NCBI GenBank assembly: GCA_036172245.1
Contig: JAYWIR010000064.1
Span: 310,001-374,000 of the forward strand
From: Raillietiella orientalis
Taxonomy: Eukaryota
Direction of reading: 5' to 3'
Length of the DNA stretch: 64,000 nucleotides
Position numbers and translations under genes: made by a program. How positions within the stretch are numbered: position 1 is the stretch's first letter; every line of letters starts with the position of its first letter. The notes under the pieces were generated by a model. It did no database searches. It was not told the origin of the DNA and saw only the letters and a list, made by a program, of their open reading frames with translations. This document shows positions 27,421 through 42,405 of this stretch, piece after piece.

Positions 27421-29277
27421 GAACTACGTTTGTTTTGTTTGTTTTTGATTCGTATACAGTAGCGTATCAGGAGTTGCATTCTTTACAACGATTCAATGCC
27501 GACAATTTTCTGTAATCAAAAAGTTATTCATGAGGACAAGAATAATTCCCTTTCCCCCTCATTCATATGTTAACTTTGTGAATGTGTTTTCTGGTTAGTA
27601 TTTCATCGAATGATGTTTCCACGTGGCTAGTAACTTTCAATTTTGCTATTTGAATCCTAAATAACCTAATTTGTCATCATTGAGAGTTTTACTGTTGCAA
27701 TCAAAGGAATACTAATGAAAATGTCTTTCACTTCTGCACATTCCCTTTAATAGGAGAATGTTTACAAACGATCGGCTTTGCAAAAAGAAAACACTCCGTC
27801 TCCTTAAAATACTCTTTCCATTCAAACATTTGTTAATAATTGCTGACTAACCTGGTAGCTCCTGAGTTTAGACTTAAGTAAACTTATGTCTAACTTTGGA
27901 AAGTAAACTTTACCCTTCAGCTTGAGACTTCCTGGAATTCCAGCGGTCGTCAAATTCTTTGATTTAAAGCTCTCAATTTTTTGGTTTGATATTTGATGTA
28001 ATATCGTGGATCATTTGGTTGACACTTAATGGTAGCTTATCAAATAGCTTCATCTCCTTTCCTGGCGTCGTCGCAGTTACGTGAGTTTTCAGCAGTCGTG
28101 TCTGCTTTCAGCCATTTAACCAGGAATACTTTTTAAATTTGCCAATTTGGATATTCCAAATCAGTCCTGTGTCCTGAATGTGGAATAAAAATTCATAATC
28201 AATGTAAAAGAACACGTGAAAAGAAATCCTTAATTTCAAATATTCCGAACTCTAAAAGAAAGTTGCAAGGTTCTAATCATCTAAAATCATAAAATGGAAA
28301 TTTTTTCAGGCACAACGACCAAGCTTCCATTGAAGTGCCATTATCACAGGTCAAGATCCGCTTTTTTACGATTGACCGCAGGTATGTAGAAAGAAATGAC
28401 CGATTCTGCTCGGACGGTAGAATGGGTTGAAAATTTCCAAAGTTCACGAGCCACGTTCACAGACAGCAGCTGTGATGCTTCCCAGTAAGTGAGCCAGAAG
28501 AGAACATTAATGTCCTAAAGGGAATTTCGCTCCAGCATCTGCTCATACTGCAAGCAAGATTTTGATCCTTTACATTGAATTTCCAATACATACACAACTA
28601 CTGTCCGGACAGGAGGTGTATTCTTGGTCGCATTATTTATTAGCCTTCGTATAAGTACTACTGTACCTTCTCGCTCCTGCATGTTTACAGACGATCCCAA
28701 TTCCCCCTCCCCCCTCACCCCCCACAAGTTGCTTCTGAAATCTGAAAATCATTTGATTTCTGGCAAAAAATAATTTGATCACAGGCGAAAACTCTGCAGG
28801 TTGACCCCGTTTCATAAATGGCAGAAATGTTAGTTTATTCAGTTTCGTACTCCTCTATTCCGCTTGTTTATCTAAATCGGTCTTCAGACAGCAGCTTGCT
28901 TAAAGGGCGAAATGTGCAATTACTAAACAACATAAATGATCACATGATTGCCAGTATTGGCGTTGTATGTTTTTTTTTTTCTTAAGACATAAAACACCTT
29001 AAGATGAAGGTTTGTTTTCTAAATCTGCAACTGGTTAAAACTTTCAGTTACAGCACATAAGGTACGCAATCAACTGGGTGAACAAGGTTATTTCCACGCT
29101 ATGAATGTTATGAAAGTTTACGAAATTTTTTCGAAAAATGAAAGTAATAACAAATAATGTATTCTGATATAAATTCCAGATTTCCAGATCCCACCTCTGA
29201 TCATTGATACATTCTCAGATCTAATAAGAAACAAAAAAACGGCATTTATTAATGATAACGTGTAGATAAACATTTTT

Positions 29278-31439
29278 TCAATGCACTAGGAGTGTATCAC
29301 CAGTAGAAAGACCAAAATAATCCAAAGGTAACAGATCTTTATCTAGATCAACAATCACATCTGGATTCTGAAAGTTGACACTAGGTTAACACACTAGTTC
29401 CTGGAAAGACAAATACTCACCTGGGAACTCTGATACTTGAGTCTGATGTTCTTGGAATCCAGGGAGAAAAATCGACTAACCAACTGCCTTAATTTGGCAA
29501 CTTGCATGTTTCTGGGGATAGCCTTCTTCAGAAGAGGTTTACTCTGTGCTTTAATAATTATTGCTTGAAGTGAAGACAATAATTTTATTTATGATTTTTG
29601 AAAGGATACTGATTAATTCATCTTTCAGCAATGTGACTTTACTACCATTTGTAGGTTCTTCAGGCAATCCATAAGCTGATGTATTGTACAAAACTTCAAC
29701 CAAATATGCATAACATTACTCACACTTTATCAGTGCTTCATAACGTGGATGATTTTTTAAAAATAGATCACGATCTTTGGTAAACCAATCTGTTGCAAAC
29801 TCCTTTAAATAATCAATTTCTGCACCTCTTCGCTCTTCTCCTGTAATGGTTGAATGATTTAGTGTCTACAAGACACATGACAAATCTTCAATGTCAGAAT
29901 CCTGCCTGTAATTTTGCAATGCGTGCTATGACTTTCTGGCGACCATCTGCTTCACTCAAGCGTTCAAACACTGGATTTCTCCACAATGTCAAATGCTGAA
30001 GAGCTGGCAACTTATCCAAACAAGCTATTGAGTTCCACTACATAAAATTAAAAATTTGATATCATGTACCATAAAGAAGCAATCTCCCATACTTCACTTA
30101 TTTGATTCTGACTCAGAAGAAGAGTGCCAAGCTTTTTGAAGCCACCATTCACATCTTCTGTAATGATACTGATGCCTGTGTTTCTCAAGTTTAATTCTTG
30201 CAGACTAAGACCCCCACTGATTGAAGATTATGTAAAATGCCAAGAAACATACTTTGGAAGAAAACGTAAATTCTTTACAGAGTCCCATGTCAGCAAATTA
30301 TCTTGCAAATCCAAATTCACAAGTTCATTAAAGAGACCTGATGGGGGTGGCTTAATTTCCTCAATAATATTAGCTTCAAGTCTTAATTCTTTGATGTCTG
30401 GCCACATAACAGCACACTTTACAACTTCATCCCAATTATATTTGCATTTACATAGTATTAATCGTTTTAAGGTTTTAAAGGCAATCTGCAGTTGTTTCAT
30501 TGTAGAATAATCAGGTATTTGCAACATATTGGAACTATTAAAAACTGGAGGTTAACAAAACCAGTAAATAAAGTTGAGATACCTTAAATTAAGGGATTCT
30601 AAGTGTTTCAATTCTTTTGTGATCATAGCAACATCCATCCATGATGCCAATAAGTTCAGAGATAAATCTAATTCTTGGACATTCGGATGCATTTCTCGAA
30701 TCAGTTCTGAATATGGTTCACCAAAAACCTTCTCTCCTCTTAACGATATTACTCTGAGATTCTTTAATTGACTGAAATGCATATGGCATAAAATATTCAT
30801 GCATGCATTAAAAGCAATATAATTAAATATATATTTTATAGAATTCTCACTACGATGGTCAAAATTTGCTGCTCCACGAATCATTCAAAATAATAAAATT
30901 TATAGAAACGCTAAATATTGCAACAATACTTTAATGCTTTTTAATTACTATGAAAGTTCGAAAATACCTTTGTAAATTCTGAATCCTTTCAAAACCTATA
31001 TTTTGTACAAAAGGTGCATTTATATTTTTACCGAAGGAATCCAACAACTGTTGCTGCTTCACATCATCTACTGCAGCACAATAGCGATTTCTCACAGCAT
31101 TAATAAAAGATATTCCTGGATCTGCACTTTTTTGTTTAATAAAACTTCCAGATTTACCATATCTAAATCAACGCAAAATTGATAATTCGTAACAGTTAAT
31201 TGTGTTCCAAATGAACACTAAATAAAGGTCAAAGATTATAACTTAAAGAATACCCACTTAGTTTTAAAATATTGAACTCCTTTGTAAATACCATCATGTA
31301 AACCAAGTTCAGGTTCATCCCATTCTATTCCAAGCCAGGTATCACTTTTAAGAGGAAGTTTTCCGACCCATTTTACTGTTCCAAAGTGCTCATTGTAAAT
31401 AATTCGGGAACCCACTCTTATTTCAACATTATCAGTCAT
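29278..31439 (-). CDS. TBCE: Tubulin-specific chaperone E (CAP-Gly, LRRs, C-terminal Ubl), 10 exons
   Basis: Exons assembled by hand: 31439-31258, 31162-30968, 30771-30583, 30534-30253, 30204-30093, 30037-29906, 29865-29724, 29675-29610, 29563-29421, 29367-29278. Motifs: CAP-Gly GTVKWVG..WLGIEWD...GLHDG..KGVQYF, LRRs (ELDLSLNLL, NLDLQDNLL), EERRGAEIDYLK, and a Ubl ending LDYFGLSTGDTLLVH*. Confidence 0.95.
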
Positions 31440-34400
31440 TTTGAGACTTCCACTTCACAGTCTGACCCACGAAACACGTAGAATTCCACAGGGAAAGCGC
31501 TCGCGGCAGTCTGCATAAAATATAAACAAATCGACTATCATGCGTGACGAATTCCCTGTTAGCACTTAAAAGACATACATATGCTCATTGTTCGTAATAA
31601 ATTTCCTTTAGGTTTACCTTCTCATAATTTAGAATTCTTGTTTTCATATTTCTACAGATTTCGATAAAAGTGTTTCGCGTACTATAATTTGATACGTTTT
31701 ATCCAGTTTTAAAAAAATAATTGATGATCCCATAATCCAAACATCATCTAATCATTTCCATTTCAAAACAGAACGGAATTTTCAAGATGTCTCTATTAAT
31801 TATGCCCATTAATTATACTTTCCATTATTTACAAATACATATTCAGACTCGTGGACAAAAAGTTTTGGTTCTCGACTCATTCTTTTGAAAACGAAACAGA
31901 AATATCCAAAGGGTTACATTTTACAGAGATAAATTCAGAATCCCTTCCATTTATTATCGTACACACGACTTCAAAATTCAAAGTTACTAGTTTTTCGGGT
32001 GAAAACCGTTTTGCGACTCCATTCCAAGGTTGTTGGTGGACGTCGACTTCCAGTAAAACATCCACAAGTTTCTTGATCGGACAGGGAAAACCACTGAAAC
32101 ACGAACACCAGTTGATTAAAAAAAAAGCCCATATGAAGGAAACTTGTATTCCAGAAGACAATAAACCAGTCAACAAAAGATATAAGAAAAGGAACATGAT
32201 AAAAACCATATATGATAAAAGGATGTCTGCTCGTTTGCATAGAAGAATCTCTAATTTGTTGTTTACGAAAAAAAGTTTATTTAGGATTTTTATCTCTACT
32301 CTTATTATATAACATCCCATGAAATCCTCTAGGTAAGTAACAACACATCATGTGATATACAGTACCATCATATGAGAGGAAATTTAATTCAATCCTTGCA
32401 TCATCACAGGCTAAACACAAACGAAGAAATTCTTATTCAAAACTTCAACATTCTTGGATTGCGTCTCACCGATAGGAAGGAATTTCAGTATCAGTTCTTT
32501 ACTTTGGTTCAAACCTGTGTACTTTTAATATGCACCTAGTGCTGCTGCATCACTCTCCAACAAAATCTACAGCCTAAAGGATTCATGGTGATGACAATCT
32601 AAATCATTTTCAAAGAAAGTTTTTGCTTTTTTATTATTTTTCACTTTATCATGAAATCTGTCACTATCTTATCTTCGAAACATTACCTTCACAAATAATA
32701 TTTGTGAATATAAGAACAGCTCGAAAAAGTAATAGGATTGAGTGCATTAAATAATCATCGGAACCAGAAAAAGTTGACTACTGAAGCAATTTTTATTTGG
32801 AAGCATCCATTTCTATTAGAAATCGATTCTGCACACATACACAGCAGGCTACTACGTGAATGGAGCATTAATTTTAGGCATATTACGAAAATTACGAAAT
32901 AGGAAGCCAGTAAATATCAAATCTATTTCTATTTTTCTAGTGCAAATTATTATTTTGACCTTAGTTTGACAGAAAGAGGACAAAAGTTATAAATTCATTC
33001 AATAAATCTGAAGTTCATCGCATTGGAAGACTTTTGTCAACACTTCTTGAAACGCATAATGTCAGCAATGAAATGTGTTCTAACAGAGTGCATGAATTGC
33101 ATCGTATTATCTCGACAGTAGTCTGTTCTTCTTGAGCACAATCCTTTGCATTGGATATGCTATTCACAAGATTTGGAAGCAGTGACTAGCTATAAGGTTG
33201 TTTTAAAGGCAACATTAAAATTAATATCTTATCTGAAACAAAACTTTATTATTGATGGTAGCCATACTAACAGATGTGAAATACTTAAAACAAATGTGAA
33301 GCTTTATCAACTTTGCTCTGGCATACCTCGCCAACATTATATATCAAAAACGATATTATCATAATAACTAACGATAATGATAGAATAACAATGTAAATAT
33401 AAATATCTGTGCAGTGTAGATTTAGAAGACTGTTAAACACTATGTGGCATATTTTTTTTCTCTAAAGTTTCAAATTTGGTTTCATCTTAGCTGATTTTAA
33501 TCCAAAGAAATTATGGAGTCCTCACTTTTCAAAAAATAATGCTATAACTACATTTCACATTCAAGAATGAATAAAATCACATCAGATTATGGATTGTATA
33601 ATCGTCAAATGCTTTCTACTGTGTGAAGCAAACTTTGCAATTTTTTTGTCAATAGCTCTATATCAATTCTTTTAATTAATACCATCATGACTACTGTTAC
33701 ATGAAATACACTACTGCAACTTACTTACTTATTTTTGCGGTTGTTTCTTAGAAAACATGCAATACACTAAAATACGTATTCATGAAAGCATTAGTTTGTT
33801 TCTCTAATATTACTAATTTTCAATACTTAAAATAACTATGACAAGATTGCAATGTGACGAGAGCTAATGGACTAATGGACTTTACTTACAAAATATATTT
33901 TATATTAAATCCAAATAGATTAGAGAACTCTCACTAGCACCAGTAGATGGGCAGTTCTATTGTATATCTTCAGATTTTAATGTTCCCTTAAAACTCAAGA
34001 CTCATGAAGATATATCAATTCCTGTGAAATTTGAAGATTTTCATGAGTTTTCTCCTGACTTAAGGTATCTTACAAGTAATAAGATCATCGATTTTCAACT
34101 AGATACAGGCAGAATTTGGAGCTGTAATTATATAAGTGCACAGAATTGACATCCCGTAGACGAACATATGTATTGATTGGATGCTTCATGCTCCTCATGG
34201 AAGTCCATATAACATTCAGTACATGTCGTGTTCTTGGTTCCGAATTACCTGTTAAAAACCTTTCAAGGGTTCCTTAAATATTGGAGGGAAACAGGATCTG
34301 CACGAAGGCTTACATTCAACTGAAGAAGAGGGGGGGAGGAAAGAGCAAAATTTCACTAAAGTTAGTATAAACTCTAGGAAAAGAACTGTTACAAATCGAA

Positions 34401-35749
34401 GAAGTGACATATCTAATGTAGAACTTTACTATAGCACAAAGAAAATGTCTGCCATACACTAAAGCAGGAGTTGTGATTTGGAACCATAGTTTCACTGCCA
34501 TTCGTTTATTGAGAATTCAGATTGAGAGATTTTTAGAGAGCACTTAAACCAAAATATGTTTATGAAACTTTAATTCTTGTCAATTATGAAAATCCAATAT
34601 ATGTAACATCAGTAACAGATTATGTGTGTGCGTGTTTTTTTTTTAAAAAAAACAAAACATCATGTCTATTTCACATCTTGCAACTACATAATAGTATCTG
34701 GAAAATCTGAAGCAGTTAGATGATGTGACTGAATCAGCTGTTCACGAAATGTCTACAACTGCATAATTTATTGGAAACCTCTATCTGGATGGTACACGAG
34801 TATTTTATTTACTAATGCCTTACTGATCCATCGCAAGCTACAGATATTGGACGGAAAATGCAGCTTTGACCCACGGTGCATTTTCTGAAAAAATTTCGAT
34901 TCGCAGCTGTTTTATTAATGCTGTTTGATTCTGGGGTTCAGAATCACATCGTACTTTTCGAGTTAGAAATGAGGTCAACGAATGCATTCAGTAAATTGGT
35001 AACTACGAATAGCGGGAGGCGCGGAAAGCACTGTTGCTGGAAGCAGTCAATTGGCGTAAAGCGCGATTTCATCTTTGCAAGAGTTAATAGTACAGAAGTG
35101 GACTCGTTACTCATCCAACGTAATATTTGTTGGCTTGAGATTTTGCCAAATGCCAAGGAAAAAAAACTGTATTGCAAGAAAGGCTCGTGACGAAAAAAAT
35201 GGGTAATGCATTTCTTTTATGTAAGTGGGTGCATACGTTAGACGAAGTTGCTCTGTCTCAACCGCCTACTAAGTCGAAAGTATTGCTGGTTTTAACATCT
35301 TTTGCAAGATGCGTTGATTACTGCATGCAAAATAGAACTCATTTATGAGTGGCAATTCATTTAGGTATTTTGATTAATTTAGTTTCTAACGGTACGGACT
35401 CGACTTTCATAAAATAATCCAGATTCCCTTTCAAATCTGAAAGTGCGAGCCATCAAATTTAGTTTAGATTTGATAAAATTTACATCTCTTTGCTCCTGTA
35501 ATGTGTGAGGCTTAACGAAAATCTCCTATTAAAATTCGTATTATAAAAGTTGAGAATTTTGGAGTGCTACTAGCACCTCATCAAGAAACCACAATTGCAT
35601 GGAACCAAATCTCTGTAAGATGTATAGCCATGTGAATGTTGATTACAGTTATTGTTTATACATCTTGCATAAACTTGTTCCGATTGTGCACTATGAAATC
35701 TGAAAGTGTTATTTTATTTTCAAGACTTTTTTTCCATTTTCTTTGTTAA

Positions 35750-35902
<153 letters not shown>

Positions 35903-37539
35903 TAGAATGCTACGGCTTAGTGTGCATTGTAAACTGCCCATCTTGCCAGGCAAAGTCGCAAGTGGATGTATGAAAATATAGAAATAGAAGGAACTGAAAT
36001 TTTGTATCGCAATAGCAAATATAAGAGTTAACATTTGGAAATCTGCATTGAATATGTGTTAAGACTAACCTGAAGCAACACTGTATTTCAAATTAAATCA
36101 AGAATCTATGGAAAACTTGTATCTTTCTCAGCAAATCACAGATATTTTATTTGGGAACCTCAGCTGGAAATGGTTTGGCACATTTGTATGCCTGGCTTTG
36201 CTGTATGCAATTTAATAATCAATAAAAAAGTTCAAAACCAGTCATTTTTTCAAGTTAGGTAAGATAATTTGCAGACATAGTATGGGGCCTGAACTTGGAC
36301 TTTTACTCAAAACCTTGAGGAGAAATTAGTCTGATACTGAAATACATTCAAGATAGGCCTTAATAGAAAAAGCATAGAATGGATACAGTTGAAAACTATA
36401 ATATAATGTATTATAGAGTTTTCAAACTACTTTTAAATTTATTTTATGAAGATTAATCCGAATCTACTTAGAAAGTGAAAACAATTGCATTTGAGCTTTA
36501 GTAGATAAAGTAACCATGAAAGTTTTTTGTATGCATTTTTTTTGAGAGCATAATAAGGGTACATTATTACACCTAAAATGGAAATAAACTATATAAATTA
36601 CACCTACTAATGATGAATGTGCTGTAGCTTCGAAATCTTTGCATTTGGTGCATCTTGGATGACTTTAGTGTAGATTTATTTAGATTTTACTTTTATTTGG
36701 ATTATATCTAGTATATATAGTTTATATCCAATATCTAGTTTATTTGATTGTATTCTTATACCACAAAATATTTTAACATTCCTGATGTTTAATTTTTATA
36801 AAGAAACAAATATGCTGCCAACTCAATTTTAAGCATATGTTATGATAACTCAAAATGCTTTACAGTTTATGCTTTACACCTAGCATTTACAGCATTTGCA
36901 AAAAGCATTTTATAACAAGTAATCAAATGAATGTGTGTATAAAAAATTGGAATAATTCAACCCAATGAAGTCTGTGCCATTCTCCTGCTATGCTGTGCTT
37001 CACATTTATGTCATTTCACTTCATTTTCTTTGAAATTGAAGATTTAAATGGGATGAAAACACTAGGTTAGAAAAATTTCGTCACTTACTGTACATGGATG
37101 GTCACAAGATAATTATTTTGAAATGCTGAATAATTAATTAAACTGAATTCATCAATAGCAAGAAGTCACATGCTTGAATATAATGCATTAAGAAGAAACC
37201 ATAGGGAATTGCAAACTTGTTCAAAGTTTGGCAAGTGATGAAACTTTTTTTGTTCTTTGCATTAATAACATTAATTATGAAACCTTTAAGCTTTTAAAAA
37301 GGTTTGCCCATAAATGCTTAGGCATAATTTAACACTGTAGTCTTTAATTCAGAGACTTTGCTAGCGAAATTTTGTAGTCGTGACCTGAATTATGCTGATC
37401 TAAGTGATGAAACCCGGTGCAAGCAAACATCAAATAAGTAATATCTGCGGTCCTACACCATAAAAGGAAACATTTCACTTGTGTTGAATTTTTGCTCACC
37501 TATTGAATAGTGTGTGATAAGATCGACAGAATCATGGTT

Positions 37540-39500
37540 ATTACTGTCAAAGCTTGTCAAAGCTTCTCTTCCAACCGTTCACATAGCACATATGTCTACA
37601 GTGGGTGATGGGCACACTGTCAGGGCCTGCAGTCACATCCTCGCCAAACTGCGCGAAGGCAGCCTTCACTTCCTTCGCAGATATTTCCTCGTCGAACATC
37701 TTCGTTTGACGTTCTTCAATTCTTCGAACCAGGTACCGCAAGAAAACTTGTTGTTGGGCCAGACACAGATGTTGTCTCCGGAAGTGCTCGACGTCATGCC
37801 GTGGTAAGGTGTCCACGATCGGCTCCGACGTTTGCCGGCTGAAGCCGTCGTGCTGGATGCATAAGCTGTCTGCAGCCATATTCTTCTTTTCCAGCACGTC
37901 TTCCCCTTTTCCATTCGCGAAGACGCACCGACAATAATACTGTTCCTATTATTAGGAGAGGGAGCCATTCTCGATGTTCTTCCTGCCTCGTTCTCTCGTC
38001 CCCGCGCTTCATGTTGCAGAAGAGGTGGAGTCGGTAGATGCTTCGGGCTGTCCCAGCCCAGGACTCTGCAAACGATGATGCTTTGCAGAGTGGCCTCGAC
38101 GACAGGGGAGCGTCTCGAAACAGGCGGAAATGCAAATGAGCGCCACCCCAGTGCGTTTCTTTCGCCGAGGATTGTTCGTCTTCCGGGACAATCGCACCAG
38201 TGCATGATCCGACAGCAGAGTCTGCGTGTCGCGAAACCTTTTCTTGCGATTCCCCACTTCGAAGCTGTAAAGGACCAGATCGATCGACAAGCGGCTTGCT
38301 GTTAGCCACGGCAGTCCGAATTCCTCGAACAGCTGCCGATACTTCCGTCATCCTTCGGCGTACTGCGAGCGGGTGATCTCGCCCCGGATGTCGACGTCTC
38401 CCAAGAGGATGACTATGTCCTTCGGCGACGCACGTTGACGCAGCACGTGCAGTATCGCCTCGGCGCACTGATGCTTTCGCTTGTGAGTTCCGTACACGTT
38501 CACCGAGGACAGGTCAACGTTGGCCGACATCCGCACACCGGCGATTCTTCGATGCATGCGGCAGAACGATTCTATAATGGTGTGGGCGAGCTCGTTCTTC
38601 ACGAGGATCGCCACATTTTGGATCTTCCACAGTCCCTCGCAGGCGAACAGCTGGGCGTTCAGTCGTCGTTCCACGTCGAAACCAATCTTCTGGCCCATGT
38701 CGTGGGTGTCATGAACGAACACTATGTCTTCGATGGTCCACACGATCCTTTTTCTTTCTGCCTCGTCCTTTGGTGCATTCACCTTCCAACAGGCGATGTG
38801 GATCCCCTTGGCGGTGGACAAGAACGAGGCCATGGGGTTTTGGCTTTTCTGGTTGCGTTTCTGCCTCGAAGACCGTTGCGGCCTCTGGGAAGGAGCTGCT
38901 TCACTTCCGACGTCACTTTCGCACTCTCCTAGGTCTGCGAATCCGCTTTTATCTTTTTGTTCTTCAGCCTTGGAGATCACTTTATGTGGAAGCGCTTGGA
39001 GGCTCACCCCCGCACAGAATTCGCACTCGACGTCCAACAGTTCGCTGCCCAGCTTTTAACGTTGCGAGTCTTTTACCCTATTTGTGTTTACGTCCTCGGG
39101 GAGATCACAGATGAGGCGCAGTATTTGCTCCTCCGCACAGTCGGAATTACCAAAGCTATCCGACTGCTCCAGGCCAAGTTCGGCCTCCGTTGCGGCACCT
39201 TCCAGCATCGTGGCTACGTTCTCCAATCGTGTTAAAATGGATTCCAGTGCCGTGGCCATACACTTGATTTGCCCTTTGAGGAAAAGAGAGGGTGTTTTCA
39301 GCATTTTTCATGAGAAAACATGGAACTGATCGAAACACGCGTGACTCCCATCCCGGCTGCGGACCGCTCCCGCAACCGACATCACGTCGAACGATGCAGC
39401 CACGACACAAATCTTCACACCATGTTCGTAATTATGTGCCGGCTGAAGAGACCGCAAATACGGAGGAGCGCCTTTCTTCAAAGGGAAACGCGTGTCTTGA
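37540..39500 (-). mobile_element. Second, diverged L1/Tx1-like LINE fragment (end of ORF1, APE endonuclease, RT lead-in)
   Basis: FLSTAKGIHIACWKVN, VNVYG, ILLGDVD, SIDLV, LLSDH and TAGPDS are colinear with and similar to 24547-26250 (FLSTARSIKIAS, VNAYG, VMGDLN). Multiple frameshifts. Confidence 0.85.
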
Positions 39501-41099
39501 CACCTAACCTGTTAAATGAAGTCTTCTGAGCAAATGAATATGCGAAGAGTTTTTTCGCATGCATTAGCAGATGCTTTGGGTTCGGTGAAACTCCTGATAT
39601 CTGCCATGAGTATGTGGAAAACGAATCGGGAGCACAAATTCTATGAGGACGCTGCACTGACTGTTATTACGATTGGTTGTGTTCGTGTTGAAGTCTGCGT
39701 GGCCTCTCAGCAAGTGATGTATGCAGCTGTTTATCAAGAAGCAGCTTTAGTATTCATTAAGTGTTGGAGAGTGGATCGATTTTACTGCCAACTGCGTCTA
39801 CACACATTCAATTTGATGCCATGGAGAAATGGCTGCCGGTGTATTAGCAGTGCACGAGTCTCATGCATGGCAGCTGCCTGGAGATCGTATCATGGCTGCT
39901 GCTTTCATCAGGTGTTGCTTCCAAACCTATGCACTACGTGTTTTCACTCATTTTGCTATTTTCTGTTTTTTTGTTTTTCTTTCGTATTTTCAGTACTGAA
40001 GCTGCAAATGTTATTATAGTGTTGTTGTTATGAAATATCATGTCAAGTCCACTCATGTTAGATCGGTAACCATATGAGTCAAGTACCAATATGGGTTTCA
40101 AATGTTCGTTGTTTGATTCCTGTGTACACTAGGGAAGCAAGTTTTAAAGTTTTTTTTTTTGAGTACCTGTCTTAATGAAATCAAATATCTATGTGTCTGT
40201 AAGTGTCATAATTTATCTGAATACATGATTGCTGAAAAGGTGAAAGGTTTTTTTTTTTATGATAAAGGCAAAGATTCCACTACTATTCGGCCAGAATTGG
40301 TAGGGGGATTCCTATTTCGGTGTTTTGTTGATGGCCTATTTTGCTGTTCAGTTTCCAGAAACTTCAGAAGATTCTTCTCTTGACTGACCTTCTTATTCCC
40401 AGGTTTGTCGGAGCTGTACATGTTGCTCACCACACAAGCAGATATGTTAAATATTTATTTTCCACATGAAACTGTACGTGAAGACTGCTTGAAATACTTC
40501 TTGAGAAGAGTCCTTGGGAGTGTCATCAGAGAATTCGTAGCTCGGCACAGCAAAGAAATGTGAAAGAACAGAAGTTTAGTATGTCTGCTGGGGCTCATGA
40601 ATCATGTGTTTGACGGGGACCGGCCGACTCTCTTGCTTCATGCTGCTTCTCTTTGCATTGCTTGCCAGCCAATATCTTGATAACTCCCATGCTATTTGAA
40701 TGTCATGTCTATAGACGCTTCTTTTGTATCTGTGTTTTCTCAGGTATTATCTGTTCAATGGATTTCCAAATTTTACTTACTCTGTGGCAGTGTTTTCGTT
40801 TATTATTTCTTTCAGATGTGCAAGTCACCCCAATAATCGGTCAAAATAAGATGTTCTTTGAATGCTGTTTTTTCGTTAGTAAACACTAAACTCACCGATA
40901 ACTGTGGGTAGATATATTGGAAAAAAGTGTCGTGTTCTGTTTCAGTTTTTTTAAACTCCACGGTTTCCCTTTGCTGAACTTCTGATCAGTCACGTGACTA
41001 GGTCTATGCGTCTCATTGCAGGCAGTTTTCGTATGCTAGGAGGTATCGTTTCTTCAGCTACAGCTTTCATATCAATAAAGGTATTTCCATTTGTGCTTG

Positions 41100-42405
41100 G
41101 TACCATCCGAGGTCTTTCCCGGGAACAGCTCCCGCTACACCGGTAAAACCAGCCTTCCTCCTTCTCGACCACCTTTCCCCTCCAGAAACCTCCCAACCAG
41201 TCCACCAGTAAAAGGAGGGTCTTTTTTTATCCAGCCTGGGCGGCCGCTCTTCCGCTCCTGGCTGGAAGCTCTTAGCGCTCCGACGACTCCAGTCCGCTTC
41301 GCATCCGCTGAAACCAAACGGAAGTACCTTGCGTGCTGCACGCGGCCTTCTCGCTTACCTTTACGAACCGCATCGGAGGATCTGTATGCCCTTGCAGCCG
41401 TTCTTCCCGGCCTGGGAAGTTGGACGTACGGCCGCTGCTGCTCCCCGACAGCATGCAGCCGTGTTGCCCGTTCTCTCCCGTCTCCTCCGGCCACATCCTT
41501 CTCCAGCAACCCACCATTACCATCCCGATCTCGAATGGCATGAAAAGCATCGCTCGAACCTAGCAAGCCACCTACCTCCTTGCGCCACATCCAGGCTGCG
41601 GCTGCAGCTCCCACTCCGCATAAAAACAGCGTTCTCTTCCATGGCATTCTTTCAACGGCGGTTCAGAAGTCGTGCGAAGTGATCCACCCTGCAAGAAAGT
41701 TTCTTTTCCTCCTCTGTTTTTCGGTTCATGAAGGGTATCCAAGGAAATGTTCATCGCACCTTACGAACCACACATCAGCCTGGTGACGTCTTCCGGATTG
41801 GGGGCGCGGCCCTTGCTGAGCTCCCAATTTTCTGAACGAGTCCGAGCGTTCCCAAGAGGAAAACACAGGAACAGCCACAGAAGCCAAAAGCTCCTCACAA
41901 CGCAATACCCTGCAATTCTCCTTTGCTCTTTTACTCGTCTTCCTTCAGCCCTCTTTAATTTCCCTTTTGCGCTTATGCGGTCTCTTTTCCTTTCCAACCA
42001 CGCGGAAAGTTTTCCACCAGGCACACTTCCTCCCTGTCGTCCTCCTCGCACGACAACAGCCCTTCCATCTTCCTGCCTCTCCCTTACTACGCTTCTCCTC
42101 CTCCTCTTCCTTCCCCTTCGTTCACCCCTTCCTTTCCTCCTGATCTTTCCTTTTGGTCCTCGTCTTCCACCTTCCCATCGGTGCCTTGGCCTGTCATCGG
42201 CAAGCGGGAATCTCTCCCGGAATGGTTTTTCAGGGCTGCGAAGGGTTCGACGAAACTGCAGCCGCCCCTCTTTCCGGATTCCCGCATTCACGTGTGCTCT
42301 GACGGTCGCGTTCCCAAATGCGTACGGTTGCATCCAGCGTACATGCGTGTGCTGGCATGTCCGCATCTTGCGGCGAAAGTTTCGTATTCCAGGAATCTTT
42401 TCATA
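41100..42405 (-). mobile_element. GC-rich degenerate element, probably a non-LTR retrotransposon remnant
   Basis: GC-rich island with Cys/His-knuckle-like remnants near 42330-42390 (ARCGH...GCNRTH) and a purine-rich K/E/R/G low-complexity tract. No clean diagnostic motif. Confidence 0.35.

Noticed and set aside
31877..32320. 147-aa minus-strand ORF
   Set aside because: It overlaps a plus-strand ORF and neither is recognisable, so the strand cannot be decided.
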